Below the pieces are notes generated by a model. The model had not been told where the DNA came from. It saw only the letters and a list, made by a program, of their open reading frames with translations, and did not search any database. 64,000 nucleotides of DNA from IMG/VR virus record IMGVR_UViG_3300018041_000003; one strand, written 5' to 3'. Positions 29,402 to 40,500 of the stretch are shown here, piece after piece. The stretch's first letter is position 1; each line of letters opens with the position of its first letter. Made by a program: the position numbers and the translations under genes. This DNA comes from an uncultured virus (IMG/VR IMGVR_UViG_3300018041_000003) (taxonomy: Duplodnaviria > Heunggongvirae > Uroviricota > Caudoviricetes).

Positions 29402-30278
29402 ACTCTTTACTTTTGGATGCAGTTTTACTATGTATGCGTGGCCAACGTATGCAGATATTCTAGGTAATCATTTTGAACATTACGAAAACTGGGCGTTTCC
29501 AGGATTAGGCAATCGTGCGATTGCTGAACGTATTGCAGAATGTCATGTAAAAAATAATTTCACAAAGAATGATGTAGTATTAGTACAATGGAGTACTCAT
29601 ATTAGAAACGACTGGCATACGTTTTCTCCTATGCAGTTTAATCCTGATAGTTTCTTACACGTATGGTTCAGAAATAATTCAAATATTGGATGGAAAACAC
29701 AAGGAAGTATTTTTAATGTTAGTAATAGACAATACGTTTATAACAATCATTGGGTTAATACCTTTTGGGACGAACACAGTTATATGATGTATAGCCTAAA
29801 CGATATGCTACTAACACAAGGACTATTAGAAAGTACAGGGTGTACTTGGCGTATGACTAGTATTGGTGATTTTCAAAAGATGTGTACAGATATTCCTAAT
29901 GCACAAGATGAAAATATTTCAGATAAAGACGATATTTTTAAATCTAAACCTGAATTTGAAGTATATAGATCTGTGTTAGAACATGAAAACTGGGTAACAC
30001 CAATTGGAACATATAGTTGGAATAACGGTGCTGACAGTTATGAATTTCAAAATAACCAAGGCACATGGTTAGAAGTTCATCCTAGTCATAAACAGCATTA
30101 TTACTATGTAAAAGATGTTATAGATCCTAGTTTAAATTTAGATTTAGATTTAACATTTTATAAAAATAATGTTAGTGATAAAATTAGAGATTTAAAAAAA
30201 GAGCATAATGAATTCCTAGAATTCCAAGAAGCAATCTATAACAATATAGATTTCAAACCAGTTTATAGAGGTTTTTAA
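29373..30278 (+). CDS. SGNH/GDSL-like protein (paralog 1)
   Basis: FGCSFT (block I), PGLGN (II), VQWS (III), HPS (V). Confidence 0.55.
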   Translation: MQKPTKRKSRLFTFGCSFTMYAWPTYADILGNHFEHYENWAFPGLGNRAIAERIAECHVKNNFTKNDVVLVQWSTHIRNDWHTFSPMQFNPDSFLHVWFRNNSNIGWKTQGSIFNVSNRQYVYNNHWVNTFWDEHSYMMYSLNDMLLTQGLLESTGCTWRMTSIGDFQKMCTDIPNAQDENISDKDDIFKSKPEFEVYRSVLEHENWVTPIGTYSWNNGADSYEFQNNQGTWLEVHPSHKQHYYYVKDVIDPSLNLDLDLTFYKNNVSDKIRDLKKEHNEFLEFQEAIYNNIDFKPVYRGF

Positions 30279-31174
30279 TGAAAAGATTATTTGTATTTGG
30301 TTGTAGTTTTACAATGTATTCTTGGCCAACATATGCAGACTTTCTCGGCTACGAATTTGACCATTATGAAAATTGGGGATTTCCAGGATTAGGTAATAGA
30401 GCAATATCACAAAGAATAGCAGAATGTCATGCTAAAAATAAATTTACAAAAGACGATGTTGTAATTGTACAATGGAGTACTCATACACGCAACGATTGGC
30501 ATACATTTAGAACTGTAGAGTTTAAAGGCAAGCGAGGAGATTCTATTAGAAATACTGATGAAATAGGTTGGAAAACTAAAGGCAGTATTTTTAATTATAT
30601 GAATCGAGAAGTGTGTTATGATAATCATTGGATTCAAACATTTTGGGATGAAGATAGTTTTTTTGTACACGGAATGAATAATATTGCCCTTGCTCAAGGG
30701 CTTTTGGAAAGTACAGGTTGTACTTGGCGTATGCTTTCTATTAGTAATATGAATAAACTAGGAACTGATATGCCTGATGCTCCGGACTATGGAGAAAAAA
30801 CACAGGAAACAGCAGATATTTTTATTGACAACGAGCAATTAAAAGTATATAATAATATATTGAATCATAAAAACTTTATAAAACCATTAGGATTATTTGC
30901 TTGGAACATTCCAGAAAAAAACTATAAATTCTGGGATCCAAAAACAGATACTACTTGGACAGAAATGCACCCTAGTCATTGGCAACATTGGGAGTATCTT
31001 AATCAAATTCTCCGTCCAAGTTTAGGCATTACTAATGAAAATAACGATAAACAATATAGTACAGTAAAAAAACTAGATGAACTAAAAGATAAGTGTCGCG
31101 ATCTTATTTCGTTTGAAGAAGAGATACTAGAAAATATAGTTGATTATAGACACGTAGGATATATAGGATTTTAA
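30278..31174 (+). CDS. SGNH/GDSL-like protein (paralog 2)
   Basis: Tandem paralog of 29373, TAATG-coupled; same blocks. Confidence 0.55.
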   Translation: MKRLFVFGCSFTMYSWPTYADFLGYEFDHYENWGFPGLGNRAISQRIAECHAKNKFTKDDVVIVQWSTHTRNDWHTFRTVEFKGKRGDSIRNTDEIGWKTKGSIFNYMNREVCYDNHWIQTFWDEDSFFVHGMNNIALAQGLLESTGCTWRMLSISNMNKLGTDMPDAPDYGEKTQETADIFIDNEQLKVYNNILNHKNFIKPLGLFAWNIPEKNYKFWDPKTDTTWTEMHPSHWQHWEYLNQILRPSLGITNENNDKQYSTVKKLDELKDKCRDLISFEEEILENIVDYRHVGYIGF

Positions 31175-31175
31175 T

Positions 31176-32990
31176 ATGAAAAAACCACCAATTTGGATTG
31201 CTGGAATAGCAAGAGGACACAACGCAGGTGTTTGTCTTTTAAAAGATGGAGAATTAATTTTTTCTATTGAAGAAGAACGATTGAGTAGACACAAGTATGA
31301 TGGCGGACCTCTTGCATCTATGATCAAAATTCTTGAATATACAGACAAGTTAGATTATCTAGTAGTAGCACATACACAAAGTTTAGAAGCAACAGCAGGA
31401 AAAGTAGATTTCACTGGCGACGATATCTATACCGGTCTTGCACGTAAACTTGGTTTAATTGATAGAGATCCTAAACTACTTCCTAAACATCCTCAAGTAA
31501 TTGATTACAGTTATTTCCATCATAAATTACACGCGGCATTAGGGTTTTATAATTCAGGATTTGAAGAAGCAGTTGCTCTTATAGTTGACGGTGCAGGTAC
31601 ATTCTTTGAAGCACAATTAGAAGGTGAATATAATCCTCCAACTACGTTATGGGAAACAGAAAGTATTATTGATTGTGAATTTCCAGGAAACTTTAAAACT
31701 TTATATAAACATTTAGGAACAAGAGGACCATTGGTTGGCGGAGAGTTTAAAGAGTTTAATGGTGGATTCTTCGGAGAAGAAGGTCATACTATTCCTCAAA
31801 TTGTTATTAGTGAAACAGCAGGTATTGTAAAAACATATGAAGCAGTAACTGAATACTGTGGCTTTAGTTTTATTGAAGCAGGAAAAACTATGGGACTATT
31901 TCCATATGGTGATACTAATGACAATATTCCACAGTTGTTTACAAGTAATCAAACAAGTGCATTGTCAAACAGAAATGTAATTATTCCAACGTATCCTAAC
32001 GGTGCTCATGTTAATCGTAATTATTTTGAAATACTTAGAGATCGTCAAGGCCAAGACGAAGATGTTACTAAGTTGGATAACAGAAGAGACATGGCATATG
32101 CTGTGCAAACACAAACACAAAAACAAGTTGCAGATTTAATTAGAAAAGCAGTTGCAATGAGTGGTAAGAAAAATGTTGTACTAAGCGGTGGTTACGGACT
32201 TAACTGTGTTGCAAATTATTGGTATTTAGAAGAACTAAAAGACGAAGGTATTAATTTATATGTAGAGCCAGTATCAAATGATGCGGGCACAGCAATGGGC
32301 GCGGCACTATTACAACATAGATTAGTTACTAATGACTCAACAGTATTATCTCAAAGAGATACGTTATATAACGGCCCTGCATATTGTTATTCAGATGAAG
32401 AGATTAAAGAAACAGCCGATCGGTATGAAGCAGAAGTACGTAGTGTTACTAAAGAAGATATTGTTAATTTATTGTCTGAAAGAAATATTGTTAGTATTTT
32501 TCAAGGACGATCAGAGAACGGTCCACGTGCTTTAGGTAATAGAAGTTTCTTATATGATCCTACAGATCCAGATGGTAAAGATCATGTAAACAAAGTTAAA
32601 CGCCGTGAATACTTCCGTCCATTTGCAGGTACAATTCTTGAAGAAGATGTACACGAATGGTTTAACTTACGTGGTATGAAATCATCACCTACAATGATGT
32701 ATGCTGTAAATTGTCAGCCAGGAATTGAAGAAAAGATTCCTGCTATTATTCACGTAGACGGTACTTGTCGTATCCAAACAGTGAATGAAAAACAAAACCC
32801 ACACTACTATAATCTAATTAAAGCATTTAAAGAAAAAACTGGGATTCCTATGGTGTTTAATACTAGTTTTAATTTAGGCGGAGATCCGCTAGTTGAAACG
32901 CTTGACGATGCTATTAGAACGCTTGCAAAAAGTGATGTAGAGTACCTATATTTGCCTGAATACGATACCTTAATTACAGTTAAAAATTAA
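31176..32990 (+). CDS. Carbamoyltransferase, NodU/CmcH/TobZ family
   Basis: EEERLSRHK, HHKLHA, VDGAG, GKTMGL.PYG, SGGYGLNCVAN, NDAG.AMGAA, GRSENGPRALGNRS, KRREYFRPFA, HVDGTCRIQTV, NTSFN. Confidence 0.93.
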   Translation: MKKPPIWIAGIARGHNAGVCLLKDGELIFSIEEERLSRHKYDGGPLASMIKILEYTDKLDYLVVAHTQSLEATAGKVDFTGDDIYTGLARKLGLIDRDPKLLPKHPQVIDYSYFHHKLHAALGFYNSGFEEAVALIVDGAGTFFEAQLEGEYNPPTTLWETESIIDCEFPGNFKTLYKHLGTRGPLVGGEFKEFNGGFFGEEGHTIPQIVISETAGIVKTYEAVTEYCGFSFIEAGKTMGLFPYGDTNDNIPQLFTSNQTSALSNRNVIIPTYPNGAHVNRNYFEILRDRQGQDEDVTKLDNRRDMAYAVQTQTQKQVADLIRKAVAMSGKKNVVLSGGYGLNCVANYWYLEELKDEGINLYVEPVSNDAGTAMGAALLQHRLVTNDSTVLSQRDTLYNGPAYCYSDEEIKETADRYEAEVRSVTKEDIVNLLSERNIVSIFQGRSENGPRALGNRSFLYDPTDPDGKDHVNKVKRREYFRPFAGTILEEDVHEWFNLRGMKSSPTMMYAVNCQPGIEEKIPAIIHVDGTCRIQTVNEKQNPHYYNLIKAFKEKTGIPMVFNTSFNLGGDPLVETLDDAIRTLAKSDVEYLYLPEYDTLITVKN

Positions 32991-33027
32991 ATCCTCATAA
33001 GCGATAAATACTATAAAGAGGACTAAA

Positions 33028-33447
33028 ATGTTTGATATCGGTAAATTTTTCGGCAAGGGATTAAAGAACACAGTGCTAATGAAAAACGGCGCTAATATAA
33101 GTTATCACGGCCCTTGGAAAAAAATAACAGAAGATACGGTAATCGACCGTTGGCTAGTTGGTGATTTTTGTGCCGCAGAATATACTATTGTAGCAGATCT
33201 TTCAACATTCCAAAAAGAAATTATCAAGTGTTTAGTAGTTGCTGGACCTAGTACTGCTGAATTAGTAGTGTACGGACGTTCAAATCTTGGAAATCAAATT
33301 ATCGACTTAACTGCAACAGTTAATGACAGTTATGTTAACATCATTGCTAATGCAAAACCACTCGATGATTCAGCACCAGGACGAGGTGCGAAACTAGTTT
33401 TCAGTGCCAATTACTATCAAACACAAAATGTTTTAGTACCTGCTTAA
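33028..33447 (+). CDS. Hypothetical (probably virion) protein
   Basis: 139 aa; late promoter at 33004-33010 and GAGG RBS. Confidence 0.55.
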   Translation: MFDIGKFFGKGLKNTVLMKNGANISYHGPWKKITEDTVIDRWLVGDFCAAEYTIVADLSTFQKEIIKCLVVAGPSTAELVVYGRSNLGNQIIDLTATVNDSYVNIIANAKPLDDSAPGRGAKLVFSANYYQTQNVLVPA

Positions 33448-33480
33448 CGAGCAGATAAATATGTGTAATTGGAGCATCAT

Positions 33481-34518
33481 ATGGCAGTAACTTATAACCC
33501 TTTCGAGTCAGAGCATGGATTTAAAAGCCCAGGCTTTACAGTTGATGATAACGGTAATGTTACAGTTCGTAGTCTTTCTTATATTGAGGAAGAAGAAGTA
33601 GTTCTTGAAGGTAGATTATATTTTAATCAATTAGGAACAGGCGATCAAGCAGTTTATACTCAGGACGGCGTATTTGCACCAGGTTCAGATGTCCTTAGGC
33701 AAAATCCTCCATTACAATTTACTAGAGGTGAAACATATTCATTTAACTTAAATAATTTTAATTATCTTACATGGAATATTTGGCAAGAAGATCTAACAGG
33801 AAATTCAGCAGTTACAATTAATGGAACTCCAGTAGTTTATTATAACAATGGAATTAGTTATAAAGTTAGCGATACTGATGTTTCAACACTAGAAGGACAA
33901 GATGCACAAGGAAAAACTAATGGTGTATTTTTCTTCGAGGTTCCACCTTTAGCACCTGAAACATTATACTATGGAACAGGTGATGGATCTATATTTGGTG
34001 TTATTACAACAGCAGATCCAACTATTACAGGTGTTGGTAGTTTTAGTTCTTTAAATGTTATTGGAGATGCAACATTTACAGGACAAGATTCAGAAATTAC
34101 TATTGCACCATCTGGTCAGTATGGTACTGTTACAATTAGTCCTGGCGGAGCAGGTACATTAAGTAATATGTACGTCCAAGCAATTACATTAGATGTAACA
34201 GATACGACTACAATTACTCCTGATAATAGAAGTGTAACAATAGCACCAACAGGAACAGGAATTTTAACACTATCATCTGGACTAACAGGATCTATCGATA
34301 ACATGGAAATAGGTCAGTCAATTCCAAGAGATGGTTCATTCTTAGCCCTAAATGCAGAAAATGGGTTAAATAGTACAGTGATAGGAAATGTTACTCCAGA
34401 AGAGGCAACATTTACACAAGCAACAGGAAAAAACGCACCAGTGACTAGTCAACATTTAACAAACAAACAGTACGTAGATAATACAGCAACGGCGTTGGCT
34501 ATTGCATTAGGAGTATAA
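33481..34518 (+). CDS. Fibre-like structural protein with degenerate cupredoxin-like domain and C-terminal ALAIALG helix
   Basis: The ATG at 33481 has a GGAG RBS and is preferred over the track start at 33469; F.RGETY.F...F.VP..AP.TLYY; HLTNKQYVD; ATALAIALGV. Confidence 0.65.
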   Translation: MAVTYNPFESEHGFKSPGFTVDDNGNVTVRSLSYIEEEEVVLEGRLYFNQLGTGDQAVYTQDGVFAPGSDVLRQNPPLQFTRGETYSFNLNNFNYLTWNIWQEDLTGNSAVTINGTPVVYYNNGISYKVSDTDVSTLEGQDAQGKTNGVFFFEVPPLAPETLYYGTGDGSIFGVITTADPTITGVGSFSSLNVIGDATFTGQDSEITIAPSGQYGTVTISPGGAGTLSNMYVQAITLDVTDTTTITPDNRSVTIAPTGTGILTLSSGLTGSIDNMEIGQSIPRDGSFLALNAENGLNSTVIGNVTPEEATFTQATGKNAPVTSQHLTNKQYVDNTATALAIALGV

Positions 34519-34524
34519 TAAGAG

Positions 34525-37500
34525 ATGGCAAAAAGAAAAATTAATGAGTACATTTTCCATAACGGAATTTCTTATAGTGATAATTACTATCCTAATGCAT
34601 ATTGGTTAATTGAAAACAACGTTGAATTTATCATTGACGAAGTTCGTGCATATATTAATACTAATATTGCAAAAGCCGCACAGCACACTCCAACAGACGC
34701 AACGTATAATCCGCAAACTGGAATAATGACACTGACTATTCCTAGTCATCCGTTTGTTCCAGGAGATCAAATTATTATTGAAGAAAGTGCGTTAGTGTTT
34801 ACTTGTGGATTTGACAATTATGCAACCACACACGCATACCCAAGAGGTTCAGGAGCACCAAACGATGCAGGAACTGATCCATATTTTGATGCACCGATTT
34901 TAATTACATCAACAACAACATCTACTATTACATTCTTTATTGGAATTTCATCAAATACTTCAACACACGTTTTTGATTCAGCAGTTGCTAATGGTGTGCG
35001 AAGTGTGTTTTATAACTATGTAAATGATAGTGATGCTAAGTGTGAACGCGATATGCGTTATAATCTAATTGGTGGAGATAAGAATAATAGTGTTACGGAT
35101 CAGCCAGGTGGATTATTATACGACTTAAGATATAAAGGTAATGAACAAGCACGTTATCTAGCATCAACATATTGGGATAAAGCAATACCTCAGATTGATG
35201 GAGATAGAAATCCAGAAAGAGCCGCAAAGAATTTTTGTGCTTGGTTAATTAACAATTACATTTTTACTAACGAAGCATGGACAACAAATCAAAGTCCTGC
35301 TGTAACAACACAAACTATTAATAGTGAATATATTGCAGAATCAGGCGCATCAAGTCAAGTTAATAAAGTATTAGTAGATACTATTGGTAGAGTTATTGTT
35401 GAAGGCACTGATGCAATGCCAGATTTCCATCGTGCAGAAATTAGTAGAGCAATTTTTCCAACAAAAGTAACACAAGACAATCTATTATTAATTACAAATA
35501 CAACTACAAATCAAGTGTTGTTTAACTTTAGTGATCCATCTAAAGGCGCTGACGTAAAATATACATATGATTCTGTTGAATACACACCTACATATTTCTA
35601 CTTTCAAAAATTCCTTGAAACTACTGATACAATTACTCAAGTATTATTCAACATAGATACTACTAACGAAGAATATCTTACAAATTGTAGAGCATTACTT
35701 ACAAATAACAAAGAATTTATTAAAGACGAAGTACGTGCTTGGATCGCAGATCAAGTAGCAAATGCATCTGTAGGAAGTATCTGGGATGGATATACCTATA
35801 ATGCGGCTAAGTGTGAAAGAGATACAGGATTTAACATTGACGCAATTATTGCTGATATGCAATATGGTGGAAATGCAAACGTAAGAACCACAGCGTCAAA
35901 ATATTGGAAGGGTCCTACTCCTCAAATTGACGGCACACGCGAACAAGAAATTGCCGCTAAAAACTTCATGCGTGATTTGGTTAACAATTATATTCTAACA
36001 AAAGCGGTATACCCAACAAAGCAAACAGGAACTCCAGAAACTACACAATACTTCTTAGGTGCAGATTGTGAACTTGGTGGGAACACAAGAGTTACATCAC
36101 TTGTTTCAATTCTTACTGAAGTAATTGAAAAAGGTTTAGATTTTCTTCCAGTTGAAGATAAGCCGAATGTATTTTCTGAAACAGATACACTTCAGATTTT
36201 TGTTGAGCAAGGTGATTTAAGAACAAGACCATATGATTTTGGTACTGATGCTATTGAAAGACAAAGAGTTGCAAATGCACTATCGATGCTTGATGCTGAC
36301 TTTGAGTACGGATTACAGCCTACTAAATGGCAGGCAATTGGAACGATGCGTGGATATCCATCAACATATGAAGTTCCGGGAACAGATACCGCAGTACAAA
36401 GTGTTATTACAGATGCGTCAGACGGCTCTGAAGGCATTGGTCAATCATTAATTACAGTTATAACGGTTGGACCACATGGCGTACTTGCTGGACAGCCTAT
36501 TACTATTAGAGGATTAGATGGCGCTGTTAAAGGCAACGGTCGTGCAGAAGGTACATTTATTGTTAATACTGTTGTTAATAATTCAACATTTACATACTAT
36601 GCAAAAGCAAAAGTTGGCACAGCCGCTGGAACACAGTTAGTAACATTTTATACAATTTTAAGACAAGCGGCATTTTATACAGGTGCGGCAATCCAAGGAG
36701 ATACAGCAGGCTTTGTAGTTACATCTCAAGGATCATCAGGCTCATTTAGTCTTGCATTAGGAGTTGATGCTGAAGAAAATAGATTACCTATTCAAGGAAC
36801 ACCACCAAGTCTTGGTGCTCCACTACAAGCAACCGGCGGAGGAATTCCAGTAGGTTCTCAGGTTACTGGTATCACTGGCGACGGAAATATTATTACAACT
36901 CCGGTTACTACCGCTGATACACCACAAGGAAGTTTTACAATATCTGTTGAAGATGCAACTGATGTTGAAATTGGTTCAGCATTAGATAGAGGTGACGGAT
37001 CAGCGGCCTTTGTTACTAATGTTGTAGGTAATGATTTAACTATTAGTTCAGCAACTACACAAGTACTAGTTGGTAATAGAGTTTTATACTCAGGATTAAC
37101 TGGAACAAATGATACTACAATTGGTAACGGTGCTACGTTTGATGTAACTAGAACAAGTGGAGTATACGCAGTATCACTTGGAAATACAGGACAAGATTAT
37201 AAAATCGGTGATAACATTGTTATTAGTGGTGGAAGTTTAGGCGGAACAGATACAACAAACGATTTACGTATTGTTATTGAAGATGTTGACACTGGTGGAG
37301 AAATAGTTTCATTCGCATTCAGCGGTACAGGATTTGACGGTGAAGGAACATTCTTTGGAGTTAATGGACAACTTGCTGGCGGACAAGGTACTGATCCAGT
37401 ATTTGATATTACATATACTAACAACGTTTATACTGCAAGTGTAGCATCACCTGATACATCATCAGGATATACAGTTGGCGATATTATTGTTATTGATGGT

Positions 37501-40500
37501 TTTGATGTTGGCGGACAAAGTGTAACCAACGATGCATTTATTAAAGTTGAAACTGTTGGGGCTGGCGGCTCTATTACTAGTGTATCAACTACAGGTACAG
37601 CAGTTGACGCTGATGTGAGTTATTCATCTCCTCCTTACACATCAACTACTATATCAGGTCTTGGTGCTGACTTTAACGTACAACGTATCGGTACTGTTTA
37701 TTCAGTAGTAGTAACTAATCCAGGTACAGGATACTTAGCGGCAGAAACATTTACAATTTTAGGATCAGAACTTGGTGGCGCTGACGGAACAAATAACTTA
37801 ACAATTACAATCACTACTGTTGATGTTAACGGCGGTATTACTGGAGTAAGTACAGCAGGTACAGCAATTAATACAAGATCATATGGTTATGTTTCAGGTA
37901 CTAACCAAATTGGATCTGGAGCAACATTCCAAATTGATCTAAGTGGCGGCGCTTATACAATTAATATTGAAGGTGCAGGCCAAAGGTATGGTGTTGATCA
38001 AGTTATTAATATTTTAGGTACTCAAGTTAGCGGCACAGTTCCAGAAAACGACATTGCTATTACTATTACTTCTATTCAAAATGATGGAGGTATTACAGGA
38101 ATATCATTTACAGGATCAGGTGCTACAGGATCAGGAACATATCTTGGAGCAATTGGCGATAACGATGCAAACTCTGGTGCAGATGCAGTCTTTAGTGTAA
38201 CTAGAGATGCTGGAACTTATTCTATTGTTAATGCAACCGACAACGGTAGCGGATATAAAGTTGGTGATAGAATTATTATTCCAGGTGATCAATTAGGTGG
38301 CGACACTCCTACAAACGATTTAACACTTCGTTGTACAGTTGAATCTACTGAAGGTGATTTCTTAGGAATTGATATTAGCGGAACAGCAGTTCCAGGCAGT
38401 ACATTAGATCTTTATAGTTCTATAACAATGTCAGAGGAAACAACATCTAATATTAGTCAAGCAACAGTTATTACTTATAGTGCATTAGCAAGTATTAGAG
38501 TTACATTCCAAACACCTCATGGTCTTGTACCTGGAGATAGTTTTGCTGTAACTATATCATCTGATGATGGTGCTAATCTTCATAACTTAGCGGCTGGACC
38601 GTTCAGTGCTACAGCAGTTCCTAGTTTAACACAATTAGAATATCAATGTAGATCACCAGGATTTATTGATACTGGAACAGCAAACGATCAACCAATTATT
38701 GGTGCAGTTTATCCAAGACCAGATTCGTTCTTTCTCCACAGACCATATGATGGTGGTGTTCAGTTAGGAACAGGTGGTCCACAACACGGTGCTCAAGCAA
38801 TTAGACAGAGTAAAAAGTATATTAGATATCAGTCAGGTAAAGGTATTATGTACACAACTGGTGCACTTTTTGCTCCAAGTTATAATATTCTTAATATTAC
38901 AGCAAGCAATACATCACCAGGATCTGTAATCACTGTAACTACTGATGAAACAGAACACGGGTTACAAGTTGGCGGACAAATTCGTATTATCGGAGTTGAC
39001 ACTGTAGGATATAATGATACTTACACTGTATCAGCGGTCAATGACGAAAATGAATTTGAAATTATTGCTGTAAATGCACTAGGATCAGTTACTCCTGAAC
39101 TAAGTTCGGAATGTCAAGTGTCAATTAGTAAGTTTCACGGTGCAACTGTACGTTCAGGAGCATTTGATGATCAAAACGGTATCTTCTTTGAATATGACGG
39201 TACACAATTTAGTGCTGTACAAAGAACTGCTACTTTACAATTAGCAGGTGTTGTTGATATCGATGTTGACTCTAACACTTGTACAGGAACAGGAACAAGA
39301 TTTAGAGAACAACTAAAAGCAGGTGATAGAATTGTTCTTAAAGGTATGACTCACGTTGTATCCCAGGTTGTTGACAATACAACAATGTACCTTGCACCTG
39401 ACTTCCGTGGTGTTACTAATGTACGTTCAAGTAAGATTTGTTTAGTAAGAGATAAGAAAACAGAACAAAAAGATTTTAACAGAGACAGAGGTGACGGAAC
39501 AGGACCAAGTGGATATAACATTGATATCAGTAAGATGCAGATGGTAGGTATTCAATATTCATGGTACGGTGCTGGTTTTATTGATTATATGCTACGTGGT
39601 GCAGATGGTAACTTTGTGTTTATGCACAGAATGAGAAACTCAAACATTAACACAGAAGCATTTATGCGTACAGGTAATATGCCAGTACGTTACGAAATTA
39701 CTAACGAAGGACCAAGTGGTAAACTTTCACAAAATATTGACGCAGTAGTTGACACTATTCCGTTAGTAGATGCTTCGTTCTTTCCACCAGAAGGCGGAAC
39801 AGTTTATATTGATGCAGAAATGATACGTTTCACTGGAGTTGATGGTAAAAACTTAATAGGTTGTACACGAGCAAGTACAATGACAAACTTTGCATCAGGC
39901 GCTACAAGAACATATAGCGGTGGACCAGCGGCGCAACATACACGAAATACAGGAGTTGTATTAATTAGTAATACAGCGTCACCGGTTATTTCACACTGGG
40001 GTTCAGCGTTTATTACAGACGGCGGCTTTGACTCAGATCGTGGATACTTGTTCTCATACAAATCAACTGGAGTTCAAGTTAGCACAACAAGAACAACATC
40101 ATTCTTGCTTAGACTAGCACCGTCAGTATCTAACGCACTAGTTGGAGACTTGGGTGAAAGAGAACTACTTAACAGAGCACAGTTACTACTTGAAGGTCTT
40201 GAGATTACAACAGACCAACCGGTAGCGTTAGACACGGGCGGTATTGTTATTGAAGGTATTTTGAATCCACAAAACTATCCATTAAACCCAGCGGACGTTG
40301 GTTGGCAGGGACTGTCAGGACTAGCACAAGGTGGACAGCCTAGTTTTGCACAAGTAGCACCAGGTGGTTCTACTAACTGGAACTCGGGTGATATACCAAC
40401 CCAATCACTAGTCCTTACACAGGCACCGATTACTGCCGCTGTTACAGGTGTTGATAGAGGATATAGAAATAATAACGACTATTGGGATAATGCTGTGCGT

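Noticed and set aside
23602..32990. RiPP or bacteriocin cluster (Cys-rich precursors plus tailoring enzymes)
   Set aside because: The proteins are about 240 aa with tail-fibre chaperone partners, and there is no leader peptide, peptidase or exporter.
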